Positions 17,166 to 27,498 of a DNA stretch of 62,143 bases are shown here, in pieces. Origin of the DNA: Gemmatimonadaceae bacterium (GTDB lineage Bacteria; Gemmatimonadota; Gemmatimonadetes; Gemmatimonadales; Gemmatimonadaceae); the NCBI GenBank assembly GCA_025927495.1, contig JAICLH010000001.1:1-62143 (forward strand). Direction: 5' to 3'. A model generated the notes under the pieces. It was not told the DNA's origin. It saw only the letters and a program-made list of their open reading frames with translations, and did not search any database. Each line of letters starts with the position of its first letter. Position 1 is the first letter of the stretch. A program made the position numbers and the translations under genes.

Positions 17166-18164
17166 GTGAGCACTCCACTCCGCTACCGCGCCGCGTGGTG
17201 GGTGCCCGGCGCCCACCTCCAAACGCTGTGGGGCAAGATGATCCGCGTGCGACAACACGTGGACACACGGCGCGAGCGATGGGACACGCCCGATGGCGAC
17301 TTCCTGAACATCGATCGACTCGATGCGCGAGATGGACAGCCACGTTTGGTAATTCTGCACGGCCTCGAAGGCTCGTCCAAGTCGCATTACGCGCGCGGTC
17401 TACTCGCCGCGGCGCGCGGTCGAGGATGGGCCGCCGACGTTCTCGTGTTTCGCTCGTGCGGCGGCGAGCCCAACCGACTGTTGCGCTCGTATCACTCGGG
17501 CGAAACCGGCGACATTGACTTCGTCCTGCGCAAATTGATCGCGACGCAGCCGAGTCAACCGATTGTCCTAACGGGAGTCTCGCTCGGTGGCAACGTGATG
17601 CTCAAGTGGCTCGGGGAGCAAGCCGGGTGCACGCCGTCTCAGATCGTTGCGGCTGCCGCCGTCTCTGTGCCGTTCGATCTCGCCCGCGGATCAAAGCATT
17701 TGCAGGGCGGTTTCTCCAAACTCTACGAGTCGTACTTCCTGCGGAGCCTGCGAAGGAAGGCGTTAGGAAAGGCCACGCGCTTCCCCGGCCGCCTCGATCC
17801 GGTCGCCATCGCGCGTGCGTCGACGCTCTGGGATTTCGACGATATCGTCACGGCTCCCATCCACGGCTTTCGCGATGCCCGCGAGTACTACGACAAATCG
17901 AGCTCCATCCGATGGCTCGAACGCGTGCGCGTTCCGACGCTGCTCCTCAATGCCGTCGATGATCCGTTTCTCCCGTCGCCCGTGCTCGATGAGGTGCGAG
18001 CGATTGCGCGAACGAATGCCGCGTTGCAGGCCGAGTTCGTAGCCAAGGGCGGACACGTGGGATTCATCTCGGGCGTCGCGCCCTGGCGGCCGATCTACTA
18101 TGCGGAGGCGCGGACGATCGACTTCCTCGGCGACGCCCTGCAGCGCGCGACGGCACGCCCATGA
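17166..18164 (+). CDS. Alpha/beta hydrolase (YheT/ABHD1-3-like)
   Basis: WWVPGAHLQTLWG, LVILHGLEGSS, the nucleophile elbow GVSLGGN, and the distal D and H (GGHVGF) are present. A GTG start at 17166 is chosen so the gene does not overlap the divergent arsC-family gene. Confidence 0.8.
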   Translation: MSTPLRYRAAWWVPGAHLQTLWGKMIRVRQHVDTRRERWDTPDGDFLNIDRLDARDGQPRLVILHGLEGSSKSHYARGLLAAARGRGWAADVLVFRSCGGEPNRLLRSYHSGETGDIDFVLRKLIATQPSQPIVLTGVSLGGNVMLKWLGEQAGCTPSQIVAAAAVSVPFDLARGSKHLQGGFSKLYESYFLRSLRRKALGKATRFPGRLDPVAIARASTLWDFDDIVTAPIHGFRDAREYYDKSSSIRWLERVRVPTLLLNAVDDPFLPSPVLDEVRAIARTNAALQAEFVAKGGHVGFISGVAPWRPIYYAEARTIDFLGDALQRATARP

Positions 18165-20029
18165 CAGCCGCCACGCCTAACGCGACCGGCCGCGCGACGC
18201 CTGCCGACTGGCACCGTGGACGCGCGGAGCAAAGCGCCACGCAAGCAGCCGTCGTGTCCGCCGCGGCACGCCGGATCGGACGTTATCGCCTCGCGGCGTT
18301 TGCGCTGTTCGTGCTCGCGTGCGCGTGGGCCGTCACGCCCGCCGCGCCGCTCCCGTGGGCGTCGGTGGTCGCGGGCGTCGTCACGCTCGCCGCGTTCGCG
18401 CTGCTTGTCCGCCGCCATCGGGCGACCCGGGCCGCGTTCACCGCACTCGAGCATCGTCGCATCTACCATGAGCGCGCCGTCCATCGCATCGCGCGAGACT
18501 GGGCTGCGCTCCCCCTAGCTCCTGCCAACGAGATTGCGAACCACCCGTTCGCATCGGACCTGGCGATCACCGGACCATCGAGCCTCCTACAACTGCTCGA
18601 CGTTACATCGTCCGCTCCGGGCCGCCCGACGTTGCTTGAGTGGCTCCGTAGCGCCCCACCACCCGCCAGAGTTATTGCGGCGCGGCAGCTCGCAGTACGC
18701 GAGCTCGCAACTCGCGACGATGTCCGCGTCGAGCTCGGCGTTCTCGCGATCGGTGTCGGCGAGCTCGATCCTGCGGCGCTCGAACGCTTTGTCGTCTGGT
18801 GCGAATCGGAAGGTTCACTCGCCGACCGACCCGCCTTGCTGTGGTTCGGACGGACGCTCACGGCGATTATCGTCGCCGCGATGCTGCTGCAGGCGGCGTC
18901 ACTCGTCGCCTATCCCTGGTGGTTGGCTGTCGTGGTGGCCGGGCGTTTGTTCCGTGTCGCCGTCCGGCGCAGCACGAAAGACAGCAGCGCGATTCCGGGG
19001 ATCTCGTTCGCTGCGTTAGGCGGACACCGGGCCATGCTCGACGTCATCGCCGGCGCCACGTTCGAAGCGCCCCGTCTCACGACCCTCGCCGCCACCCTCC
19101 GAGAAGTGCCCGGCGCCGGTGCGGCTCTTGGCCGCGTGGAGCGCATCGCCGCCTGGGCTGACGTGCGTCAGTCGCCCATGCTTCACTTTGCCCTCGACTG
19201 GCTGTTCCTCTGGGACTTCCACGTGGGTGCGGCGTTCGACACATGGAAGCGAACGGCGGGTCGACACGTGCGCGGATGGCTCAGCACCTTGGGCGAGTTC
19301 GAAGCGCTCACTGCGCTCTCGACACTCGCTCATGGCCAACCACAGTGGACCTTCCCCGACGTTCATGAGGACGCCCCCGTGACGCTCGAGGCCGCGGACC
19401 TTGGGCACCCGCTCATCGCCGATGCCGAACGCGTCGCCAACGATGTCACCGTCGGTCCTCCGGGCACGTTCCTCCTCATCACCGGATCGAATATGTCGGG
19501 CAAGAGCACGCTCTTGCGCGCCATCGGAGTCAACTGCGTCCTTGCACAAGCAGGCGGACCGGTATGCGCGTCTCGCTACCGGTCGCACATACTGCGCGTG
19601 TACACCAGCATTCGCATCGAGGACTCACTCGCCAACGGCGTTTCACTCTTCATGGCCGAGCTTCGACGTCTCAAGAGCGTGGTCGATGCTGCGCGCGCAC
19701 AAGTGCCCGGCCAACCGCCGGTCCTCTTTCTGTTCGACGAGATCCTGCATGGCACGAACTCCTCCGAGCGGCGTGTTGCCGCCCGCATCGTACTGGAACA
19801 TCTTCTCGAGGCCGGTGCGATTGGAGTCGTAACATCGCATGATCTCACGCTTGCTTCAGCAGGGCCAACCCAGAGTGCGGCGCGCTGCGTGTCGTTTGCC
19901 GATTCCATCGATCGAACAACCGGCACGCCGGTCTTGCACTTCGACTACCGACTCCGCCAAGGCCTCGCGACCTCGACGAACGCGCTCGCGCTGCTCGATC
20001 TCGTTGGGCTCGGCCCCAAGTCATCGTGA
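18161..20029 (+). CDS. MutS-related ATPase (MutS domain V only) with an N-terminal membrane-spanning region
   Basis: LITGSNMSGKSTLLRAIG (Walker A), LFLFDEILHGTNSSER (Walker B) and TSHDL are present. Four hydrophobic helices lie in the N-terminal half. No mismatch-binding domain I motif was seen. The ATG overlaps the upstream stop (ATGA). Confidence 0.8.
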   Translation: MTAATPNATGRATPADWHRGRAEQSATQAAVVSAAARRIGRYRLAAFALFVLACAWAVTPAAPLPWASVVAGVVTLAAFALLVRRHRATRAAFTALEHRRIYHERAVHRIARDWAALPLAPANEIANHPFASDLAITGPSSLLQLLDVTSSAPGRPTLLEWLRSAPPPARVIAARQLAVRELATRDDVRVELGVLAIGVGELDPAALERFVVWCESEGSLADRPALLWFGRTLTAIIVAAMLLQAASLVAYPWWLAVVVAGRLFRVAVRRSTKDSSAIPGISFAALGGHRAMLDVIAGATFEAPRLTTLAATLREVPGAGAALGRVERIAAWADVRQSPMLHFALDWLFLWDFHVGAAFDTWKRTAGRHVRGWLSTLGEFEALTALSTLAHGQPQWTFPDVHEDAPVTLEAADLGHPLIADAERVANDVTVGPPGTFLLITGSNMSGKSTLLRAIGVNCVLAQAGGPVCASRYRSHILRVYTSIRIEDSLANGVSLFMAELRRLKSVVDAARAQVPGQPPVLFLFDEILHGTNSSERRVAARIVLEHLLEAGAIGVVTSHDLTLASAGPTQSAARCVSFADSIDRTTGTPVLHFDYRLRQGLATSTNALALLDLVGLGPKSS

Positions 20030-20085
20030 GCAGTATCGCGCCACTATCGGCGCAGTATTAACCTTCCGCTAATTGCGTCTCGGAT

Positions 20086-20619
20086 ATGCGCGCACTTTTC
20101 CTCTCGTTCTTTATTGGCGGCCTGGTGCTGGGCGTGGTCAGCATGATCGCCGGTATCGACCGCGAACAGCGTCGCGGCCGCTGGGTTAGGTACTTGAACC
20201 TGCCGACGCTCGGTACTGGCGCGGTGCTGTTCGGAATCGTCGGGTACCCACTCGCCAAGTACACCTCCCTTCAAGCCGGCGCGCTGCTGGCCATTGCTGC
20301 AGTCGCCGCCCTGGCGGGCGGCATCGCCATGGTCGCGGTCATCGCCGGTTGGGCAGTGCCGAGTGCGGCACGAGACATTCCCGATGAACGGTACCTTCTT
20401 CAGGGACACCTTGCTCGCGTGACTCGACCACTCGATGGGTCACACGGAGGAGAGATTGCGTTTGAGCTCGAGGGCCGGCGTCAGATTGCGACAGCCACCA
20501 GTCTCGACGGAACATCCATTGCCGTCGACGCTGAAGTAGTGATCGAGCGCGTGGAGAACGGCGTGGCCTATGTCGAGCGCTGGGCGACGATCGCCAAACA
20601 ACTCGAGCTGCCGTCATAG
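20086..20619 (+). CDS. NfeD-like membrane protein (three TM helices plus a C-terminal OB-fold-like domain)
   Basis: Hydrophobic N-terminal half. The C-terminus GHLARVTRPLDGSHGGEIAFELEGRRQIATATS...VVIERVENGVAYVERW resembles NfeD C-terminal domains. Confidence 0.5.
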   Translation: MRALFLSFFIGGLVLGVVSMIAGIDREQRRGRWVRYLNLPTLGTGAVLFGIVGYPLAKYTSLQAGALLAIAAVAALAGGIAMVAVIAGWAVPSAARDIPDERYLLQGHLARVTRPLDGSHGGEIAFELEGRRQIATATSLDGTSIAVDAEVVIERVENGVAYVERWATIAKQLELPS

Positions 20620-20704
20620 CGGGAACGAGCTGCTACGCGATCCGGACGAGGGCGCTTGCGCGCTCAGCCGGCACTCCGTATATGGTGCATTGCGAGGTGC
20701 GCCG

Positions 20705-20986
20705 ATGTCGGATGCGTTGATCTTTGGGATTGTCTTCATCGTGTTTGTCGTGCTACGCATCGTCGCGGCGACCGTTTTCTTCCTCTGCTTGCTCCCGGAC
20801 GGCGATCGCTGTCCGAACTGCGACACTCCGACGCTGCGCATTCAGTCTCGCGGGTGGAACCTGCTCATGCCCTGGTTCCGCACCAGTTGGTGCTATGCGT
20901 GCAACTGGGAAGGCATGCTCCGAAACGGCCCGCTTTCGCCGCAGCCGCACACGCAGGAACAGACGCGCCACGACGTCAAGACCTGA
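20705..20986 (+). CDS. Small membrane protein with a CxxC...CxxC zinc ribbon
   Basis: ATG 20705 gives MSDALIFGIVFIVFVVLRIVAATVFFLCLL (TM), then CPNC...CYAC. No family was recognised. Confidence 0.45.
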   Translation: MSDALIFGIVFIVFVVLRIVAATVFFLCLLPDGDRCPNCDTPTLRIQSRGWNLLMPWFRTSWCYACNWEGMLRNGPLSPQPHTQEQTRHDVKT

Positions 20987-20993
20987 CGCCTCA

Positions 20994-21290
20994 TCAGCCG
21001 TCGCGCGGGCCACCGCTCACCCAGACGCCTAACCACGCGGGCCAGTTGCCGCTCATCTCGACGAAATCATCGTAGTAGACCAAACCGACGGACTCGAGCT
21101 GTTCCGTTAGCGCGATGATCGCGTCGTCTTCGTGCAGTGGTCCAATGGCGACGATGTCGCCCTCCACGCGGAACTCATCGGGCGTGAGGGCGAACCGTTC
21201 GTCGATGGCGCTGCGAACCAAGCCCGAGCGCTCGAATGCGGCCTTGCGAATCAGCATCGTGGGCGCATCCGAAGGAAGCGAAAGTGGCAT
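20994..21290 (-). CDS. Hypothetical acidic 98-aa protein
   Basis: The C-terminal third of track ORF 20994..21773, starting at [13 protein letters not shown], has a coding-like composition. The upstream part overlaps the mnmG promoter/CDS and looks artefactual. Confidence 0.45.
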   Translation of the reverse strand: MPLSLPSDAPTMLIRKAAFERSGLVRSAIDERFALTPDEFRVEGDIVAIGPLHEDDAIIALTEQLESVGLVYYDDFVEMSGNWPAWLGVWVSGGPRDG

Positions 21291-21368
21291 AGCGAAAGTT
21301 TGTCGCCACGAGTGCCGCGTGTCCACTCGGCCGGATACACCGTTGCACGGGCCGATTACCTTTCGCGC

Positions 21369-23363
21369 ATGAGCGCACCCTTGGCCCTCGCATCGACCGT
21401 CTCGACACCACGAGCCGAGCTGGATCTCGACGTCATCGTCATCGGCGCCGGCCATGCGGGCACTGAGGCCGCGGTCGCCGCCGCCCGACTCGGCGCGAGG
21501 GTCGGGCTCATCACCGCCGCGCTCGAAACGATCGGGCAGATGTCGTGCAATCCCGCGATCGGAGGCATTGCAAAAGGGACGGTGGCGAGAGAGGTCGACG
21601 CACTCGGTGGCATCATGGGTCGCGCGACTGACCTCGCCATGCTGCAGTTCCGCATGCTGAATCGGAGCAAGGGCCCGGCTGTCTGGGCACCGCGGGCACA
21701 GTGCGATCGAGGGCTCTACCGACGCGCGGTCAGATCGCTCCTCGAGGAGCATCCGACCCTCCACACGATTCAAGGCACGGTCGCGCGCTTGTTGATCGAC
21801 GCCGACTCGCGCCGCGCGTTAGGCGTCGAGACACTCGAAGGAAGGCGCTTCACGGCGCGCAGCGTCGTGATCACCGCCGGCACATTCCTGCGCGGCCGCA
21901 TCCATATCGGAACCGACACCAAGCTCGCAGGCGGACGCGCCGGCGACGCGCCGGCCATTCATCTCGCACAGCAGCTCGAGGAGCTCGGCCTCGAGGTCGC
22001 GCGATTCAAGACCGGCACACCACCGCGCGTGGATGGACGATCCGTCGATCTCTCGCGCTTGCAGCGGCAGGACAGCGAAGTCGACGCGTTCGACTTTTCC
22101 TGGTCGCACTTCTGGGGTACACCGCGTCGCACCGAATCCGCCACGAGGCATCCTGCGCAATTGCCGTGCTGGATCACGCACGCCGGCGGCGAGGTGAAAC
22201 GGATCATCAGCGAGAACATCGACCGCTCGGCCATGTACGGCGGCGCGATCGCGTCGCGCGGTCCCAGATATTGCCCGAGTGTCGAGGACAAGATCGTCAA
22301 GTTCCCCGACGTCGAGCGCCACCAGGTCTTTCTCGAACCGGAAGGACATGACACGGCCGAGCTCTACGTCAACGGTTTGTCGACATCACTGCCGGTCGAT
22401 GTGCAGCTGCAGTTCCTGCACGCCGTCCCTGGTCTCGAGCAGGCGCGGATGACGCGCGCCGGGTACGCGATCGAGTACGACTACTATCCGCCGGTGCAGC
22501 TCGACTCCGCGCTGCAGCTCAAGGCGCTCGGCGGCGTGTATCTCGCTGGCCAGATCAACGGAACGACGGGGTACGAAGAGGCAGCCGCACAGGGTGTCGT
22601 GGCCGGCATCAACGCGGCTCTCGCCGCGCGCGGCGACGGTCCGTTCATTCTTGGGCGCGAGACGTCGTACATTGGCGTCCTCATTGACGACCTGGTAACG
22701 CGCGGGGTCGACGAGCCGTATCGACTGTTCACGTCGCGTTCGGAGTTTCGCCTAACGGTGAGACAGGACAACGCGCTCCGCCGTCTGTCGCCGCGGGCCG
22801 TGGCACTGGGTATGCTTTCGGCGCGCGAGATCGCCGCGGTCGAGCATCGGCTGGCCGATGAGGACCACGCCCTGCGTCTGGCCCGCGACACCAGCGCCGA
22901 GCCGGCGGAGGCGGATCCCCTGCTGCGGGCGGCCGGGAGCGCGCCACTGGCGCACGCGGTTCGTGTGGCCGAGTTGGCGAAGCGGCACGGGGTCTCACTC
23001 GATGCGCTCATGCGATCGACGGGCATCCGCGGTGATTTGTCGCCGGACGCCGTGGCATCGGCGGAGCTGGAGCTCAAGTATGCCGGCTACTTCGAGCGGG
23101 AGCGGGTACAGGCCTCGCGTTTGCAGCGCATGGGCGACTTTGCGTTAGGCGCCGACATCGTGTACGACGGCATGCATTCCGTGTCGTTCGAGGCGCGCCA
23201 AAAGTTGGGCGCCATCCGTCCGCTGACGCTGGCGCAGGCCGCCCGCATTCCGGGTATCAGCCCGAGCGATCTGCAAAACCTGGTGCTCGAGGTGACGAAG
23301 CGTCCGGCGTCGCGGGCGGCGGCCACTGCGCGCGACGTCTTGGCGCCCGCATCCGACACCTGA
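21369..23363 (+). CDS. mnmG: tRNA uridine 5-carboxymethylaminomethyl modification enzyme MnmG (GidA)
   Basis: [27 protein letters not shown] and [16 protein letters not shown]; the full-length pattern is unmistakable. Start at ATG 21369. Confidence 0.95.
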   Translation: MSAPLALASTVSTPRAELDLDVIVIGAGHAGTEAAVAAARLGARVGLITAALETIGQMSCNPAIGGIAKGTVAREVDALGGIMGRATDLAMLQFRMLNRSKGPAVWAPRAQCDRGLYRRAVRSLLEEHPTLHTIQGTVARLLIDADSRRALGVETLEGRRFTARSVVITAGTFLRGRIHIGTDTKLAGGRAGDAPAIHLAQQLEELGLEVARFKTGTPPRVDGRSVDLSRLQRQDSEVDAFDFSWSHFWGTPRRTESATRHPAQLPCWITHAGGEVKRIISENIDRSAMYGGAIASRGPRYCPSVEDKIVKFPDVERHQVFLEPEGHDTAELYVNGLSTSLPVDVQLQFLHAVPGLEQARMTRAGYAIEYDYYPPVQLDSALQLKALGGVYLAGQINGTTGYEEAAAQGVVAGINAALAARGDGPFILGRETSYIGVLIDDLVTRGVDEPYRLFTSRSEFRLTVRQDNALRRLSPRAVALGMLSAREIAAVEHRLADEDHALRLARDTSAEPAEADPLLRAAGSAPLAHAVRVAELAKRHGVSLDALMRSTGIRGDLSPDAVASAELELKYAGYFERERVQASRLQRMGDFALGADIVYDGMHSVSFEARQKLGAIRPLTLAQAARIPGISPSDLQNLVLEVTKRPASRAAATARDVLAPASDT

Positions 23364-23444
23364 CCCGCCGCGCGCTATTTATCCGCATTTTGCTACTTAG
23401 TACGCCGCTGCGCTCGAGAACCGGACTGATCACGGGAGGGTGCG

Positions 23445-24158
23445 ATGAGAATCGTTGCCGTGTTATTGGGGATTGCGATCGCGTATCCGCTGCAGGCGCA
23501 GGAGACGGGCACCGCCGATCGAATGAGCGCACGAGTGCCGACGATCACGGCGACCGGGCACGGCGAGGCGCGCATTACGCCGGATCGCGCGACGCTGTCG
23601 ATTGGTGTCCAGACGAAGGCGGCCACGGCCGCACAAGCGAGCGCGGAGAACGCGCAGAAGCAGCGCGCGGTGGTCGACGCGCTCAAGTCGTTAGGCATCA
23701 CCGATCAGCAGATCTCGACGGTGGAATACAGCGTGTATCCCGAGAGCGCGCCGGTGAACAACACGGAGCGGACGCCGCGCATCATCGGGTACACGGTGTC
23801 GAACACCGTGCGCGTCGACGTGGAGAAGATCGATCGGCTGGGCGCCATCATCGATGCGGCACTCGGCCACGGCGCCAATGCCATCAACTCGCTGGACTTC
23901 TCGTCGTCGAACGAGGATGACGCGCGGCGCGCTGCGTTAGCCATCGCGGTCCAGCGCGCACGGGGGGATGCAGAGGCCATGGCGCGAGGCGCCGGCGGCC
24001 GGTTAGGCGATTTGATCGAGCTCACGTCGCAGTCGGGCGCGCAACCGATTGCGTTCCGCGCGCGGATGTCGCTCGCGGCCGGTGAGTCAACCCCGATCAG
24101 CCCCGGTAGTGAGACAGTAGCCGTAGAGGTATCGGGTGTTTGGCGATATACGCCATAG
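23445..24158 (+). CDS. SIMPL domain protein (DUF541, periplasmic)
   Basis: Signal peptide, then ITATGHGEARITPDRATLSIGVQT...A...NA and a C-terminal GSETVAVEVSGVW pattern typical of SIMPL/BP26. Confidence 0.85.
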   Translation: MRIVAVLLGIAIAYPLQAQETGTADRMSARVPTITATGHGEARITPDRATLSIGVQTKAATAAQASAENAQKQRAVVDALKSLGITDQQISTVEYSVYPESAPVNNTERTPRIIGYTVSNTVRVDVEKIDRLGAIIDAALGHGANAINSLDFSSSNEDDARRAALAIAVQRARGDAEAMARGAGGRLGDLIELTSQSGAQPIAFRARMSLAAGESTPISPGSETVAVEVSGVWRYTP

Positions 24159-24235
24159 GAAATTCGGCTATTTGGCGCTTTGCTAGCGCGTTGCTGCTGT
24201 GTAACTGTCGCTATCGCACGCTTTATTCTTGCGGG

Positions 24236-24251
24236 CGTTTCACATGAAACA
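24236..24251. promoter_or_regulatory. parS-like site CGTTTCACATGAAACA (14/16 match to TGTTTCACGTGAAACA)
   Basis: Read directly; 125 nt upstream of parA. Confidence 0.6.
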
Positions 24252-24272
24252 ACGGGCACCCGGCACGGGGGA

Positions 24273-24288
24273 TGTTTCACGTGAAACA
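24273..24288. promoter_or_regulatory. Consensus parS centromere site TGTTTCACGTGAAACA (perfect palindrome)
   Basis: Read directly; 88 nt upstream of the parA ATG. It matches the canonical ParB-binding parS consensus. Confidence 0.85.
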
Positions 24289-24375
24289 GAAAGATGTCTT
24301 CCGCTAAACAATCTCTGATTATATTGGCGGCGCGCGAAAGACTGTCCCCGACCCATAGATGGACGGAATCGACTG

Positions 24376-25212
24376 ATGGCTAGGGTCATCGCGATCGCCA
24401 ATCAGAAGGGTGGCGTGGGAAAGACAACCACGGCCGTCAATCTCGCTGCTAGTCTTGCCGTTGCAGAGCAGCGAACCCTTCTCGTTGATGGCGACCCTCA
24501 GGGCAATGCGACGAGCGGGGTTGGCCTTGATGGCGAGCGCGTGCCGCGAACCGTCTACAACGCGCTGATCGGTGAGTGCTCACTCGCCGAGGTCATCCTT
24601 AGGAGCATACAGTTCGCGCACCTGGACGTCGCGCCCGCGACACCGGATCTCGCAGGCGCCGAAGTAGAGCTCGTCGATAGTCCGCGGCGTGAGCTCGCGA
24701 TGCGAGACGCGATTGCTCCGGTTCGCTCCCGCTACGATCTGATTCTGATTGATTGCCCGCCGTCGCTCGGGCTCCTGACCGTGAACATGCTCGCTGCGGC
24801 GGATGCCATTCTGATACCGGTTCAGTGCGAGTACTACGCGCTCGAGGGACTCTCGCAGCTGCTGAACACGGTGCACATGATCCAGCGTGGAGTGAACGCG
24901 GACCTCGCCATCGATGGCGTTCTCCTGACCATGTATGACGCGAGGCTCAATCTCTCGCGCCAGGTAGCAGCAGACGCGCGCGAATACTTTGGTCCCAAGG
25001 TGTTCGACGCCGTCGTCCCCCGAAATGTTCGGCTCGCCGAAGCGCCTAGTTTCGGGAAGCCCATCATTCTCTACGACGTCGCCTCCGCGGGTGCGCAGGC
25101 GTATGTTAGCGTCGCCCGGGAGCTGCTCGAACGATACCGGCGCAGCGGCGACTTCACACCGGCCGCCCTGGTCGCCGAACCACCGTCACCGGACGTCGCG
25201 CGAGCAGACTAG
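24376..25212 (+). CDS. parA: Chromosome partitioning ATPase ParA/Soj
   Basis: Deviant Walker [21 protein letters not shown], plus [10 protein letters not shown] and [10 protein letters not shown]. Confidence 0.95.
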   Translation: MARVIAIANQKGGVGKTTTAVNLAASLAVAEQRTLLVDGDPQGNATSGVGLDGERVPRTVYNALIGECSLAEVILRSIQFAHLDVAPATPDLAGAEVELVDSPRRELAMRDAIAPVRSRYDLILIDCPPSLGLLTVNMLAAADAILIPVQCEYYALEGLSQLLNTVHMIQRGVNADLAIDGVLLTMYDARLNLSRQVAADAREYFGPKVFDAVVPRNVRLAEAPSFGKPIILYDVASAGAQAYVSVARELLERYRRSGDFTPAALVAEPPSPDVARAD

Positions 25213-25318
25213 GAAGCCGGAGCTCTCGTCGTCTGCTTCGCCATTCGGACGAGTACTCGTATTTCAAAATCCGGGGCTGACATGATCCCGTTCAAGGCCA
25301 TTCTACCAAATCTCCCTC

Positions 25319-26227
25319 ATGTCCACTGAAAAGCCCCGACGACTGGGCCGCGGGCTTGAAGCGCTGCTCGCAACCCGCCCGACTGCAAGTACTGCAGACG
25401 CGGCGGAGCGCCAGGAGCTTCAGCGAATCGCGGTGGCGCGCATTCATCCCAATCCATATCAGCCGCGCGTTGAGTTCAAACCGAACGAACTCGCGGAGCT
25501 CGAAGCGAGTCTCAAGGCGAATGGCTTGCTACAGCCGATTGTCGTGCGCCCAAGGCCCAACGGAGATGGCTTCGAGCTGATCGCGGGGGAGCGCCGCCTC
25601 CGTGCTGCGACTCGAATCGGATGGGAAGAGATCCCGGCTGTCGTAAAGGCCATCGACGACCAGATGCTGCTAACCTTGGCCCTTGTCGAGAACCTCCAAC
25701 GGTCAAACCTCAATCCGATCGAAGAAGCCCAAGGATATCAGCGTCTGATCAGTGACTTTACATTAACGCAACAGCAGATCGCGGAGCTCGTTGGGAAGGA
25801 TCGGACGACAATAGCTAACATATTGCGGCTGCTAGGTTTACCTGAGACTGTCCGCCGCATCCTCCAGGACGGCCACATCACTCTCGGACACGCCCGAGCG
25901 CTTCTCGCCATAACCGACGAACGCCAACTCACCACCCTCGCCAACGAGATCGTCGTCCACGGCCTCACCGTCCGTGATGTCGAGGAGCGCGCCCGCGCCG
26001 GACACGCCGCTCGGCCCCGGCCGCGCGCACGACGCGGAGCAGTCAAGAGCGAAACGCCCCCCGCGATTCGCCGCGCGGGCGAGGAGCTCCGTCGCCTTCT
26101 GCAGACCGACGTGTCGATTTCACAACGCGACTCGGGACGCGGCGCAATCGAGATCGTCTTCTATTCCGCCGACGATCTTGATCGATTGCTCGATCTCATT
26201 CTAGGAAGCCGACGAGACGCGATGTGA
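25319..26227 (+). CDS. parB: Chromosome partitioning protein ParB/Spo0J
   Basis: LGRGLEALL, the arginine patch GERRLRA, and the HTH QQQIAELVGKDRTTIANILRLL. Confidence 0.95.
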   Translation: MSTEKPRRLGRGLEALLATRPTASTADAAERQELQRIAVARIHPNPYQPRVEFKPNELAELEASLKANGLLQPIVVRPRPNGDGFELIAGERRLRAATRIGWEEIPAVVKAIDDQMLLTLALVENLQRSNLNPIEEAQGYQRLISDFTLTQQQIAELVGKDRTTIANILRLLGLPETVRRILQDGHITLGHARALLAITDERQLTTLANEIVVHGLTVRDVEERARAGHAARPRPRARRGAVKSETPPAIRRAGEELRRLLQTDVSISQRDSGRGAIEIVFYSADDLDRLLDLILGSRRDAM

Positions 26228-27039
26228 CGAAAGAGTCCAGCGAAAAACTGTCGGGGCGCGGGTACGGCAACATCTACACGCCGCACGCTGGGTCGATGAT
26301 CATCCAGGTGCAGCGAGAAAGCGGGCTGGCGAATCGCACGATCATCCTAACGCAACGCCAGGTGCGCCTGCTCCGGCGCGGCGCCTACGCGGTCGGAACC
26401 CTCCTCGCGATCGTCGTGCTCAGTTGGTTCTTTCTCGCTACCCAAGCCGCGCGCGTTCCAGGCTTGACCCGACGCGTTGAGACACTCCAGCACGACGTCA
26501 CGCGCCTCGACACGCTCCAAGGCGCACTCTCGGCGCTCGAGAGCAGATTCCAACAAGTGCAGCACATGCTCGGCGCCTCGATGCCACAAACCAGCGAGGC
26601 CGCGAACGCCGCCGCCGCTTCAAAGGTCGACACGGCGATCAGTTCCATCCCGAGCCAGTGGCCGCTTGCGGTCGCCGGCACCATCGTCGCGCGCGACGAC
26701 ACCACTTCTTCGACTCGCGGCATGGATATCGAAGCGCCGGCCGGCACAGAAGTTCGTGCCTCGGGCGCGGGTTCGGTCGTCGAGGTCAGTGTCGATTCGT
26801 CCGGCACCGCGACGATTCGGATCGCACATCGCGATGGCTATGAAACCACGTACGCCGATGTGCGGGGTGTGCGGGTGAGCCAGAAGCGTCACGTGGCCGC
26901 CGGCGCCGTGCTTGGTGTGTTAGGCAGCCAACCCGGTGCCCTGCCCGCGCACCTGCACTTCGAAGTGCGTCACAACGGCTCGAGCGTCGATCCCTTATCG
27001 CTCATGAAACAAGGACCCTCGAATGGCGATCTTCAATAA
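26224..27039 (+). CDS. M23/LytM-family metallopeptidase with an N-terminal TM and coiled coil
   Basis: GMDIEAPAGTEVRASGAGSVV...HRDGYETTYA...GAVLGVLG...LHFEVRHNG..VDP (HxxxD / HxH LytM motifs). The start overlaps the parB stop. Confidence 0.85.
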   Translation: MTKESSEKLSGRGYGNIYTPHAGSMIIQVQRESGLANRTIILTQRQVRLLRRGAYAVGTLLAIVVLSWFFLATQAARVPGLTRRVETLQHDVTRLDTLQGALSALESRFQQVQHMLGASMPQTSEAANAAAASKVDTAISSIPSQWPLAVAGTIVARDDTTSSTRGMDIEAPAGTEVRASGAGSVVEVSVDSSGTATIRIAHRDGYETTYADVRGVRVSQKRHVAAGAVLGVLGSQPGALPAHLHFEVRHNGSSVDPLSLMKQGPSNGDLQ

Positions 27040-27460
27040 GGACGCACGCGCGGCAGATGAAACGCGAAGCCCCGCCCTCGGCGGGAGCTCATCTCTGTCC
27101 ATCATTGCTGCCGGCACGAGTGTCGACGGCGACATCGAAACCGAGGGCGTCATTCGCGTCGAAGGACGCGTCGAAGGTTCGATTCACGCCGGGCGCCAAG
27201 TCCTGATCGGTCGTCAGGGAGAAGTCCACGGCGATATCACGACGCGCGAAGCCGTGGTCGGAGGCAAAGTCGAAGGAACGATCAACGCGAGCGAACGCCT
27301 GGAGGTGCAGAGCACCTCGATCATCTCGGGAGACATCAACACCCGTGCGATTGCGGTGGTCGAAGGTGGACGGATCAATGGCACGGTGCGAATCACCGAT
27401 GCCAAAGAGCACGCGGAATCCGAGGAAGTCGAAGCGCCTTCTTTAGTGTTCGGCCGGTAG
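27023..27460 (+). CDS. Bactofilin (polymer-forming cytoskeletal protein)
   Basis: Repetitive beta-helix pattern (G.I...G.V.V.G.V.G.I....) throughout. It overlaps the end of the M23 gene by 17 nt. Confidence 0.85.
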   Translation: MAIFNKDARAADETRSPALGGSSSLSIIAAGTSVDGDIETEGVIRVEGRVEGSIHAGRQVLIGRQGEVHGDITTREAVVGGKVEGTINASERLEVQSTSIISGDINTRAIAVVEGGRINGTVRITDAKEHAESEEVEAPSLVFGR

Positions 27461-27498
27461 GATTCTACTCGGCACCCAAGCGTCGTCGCACTACCTTT

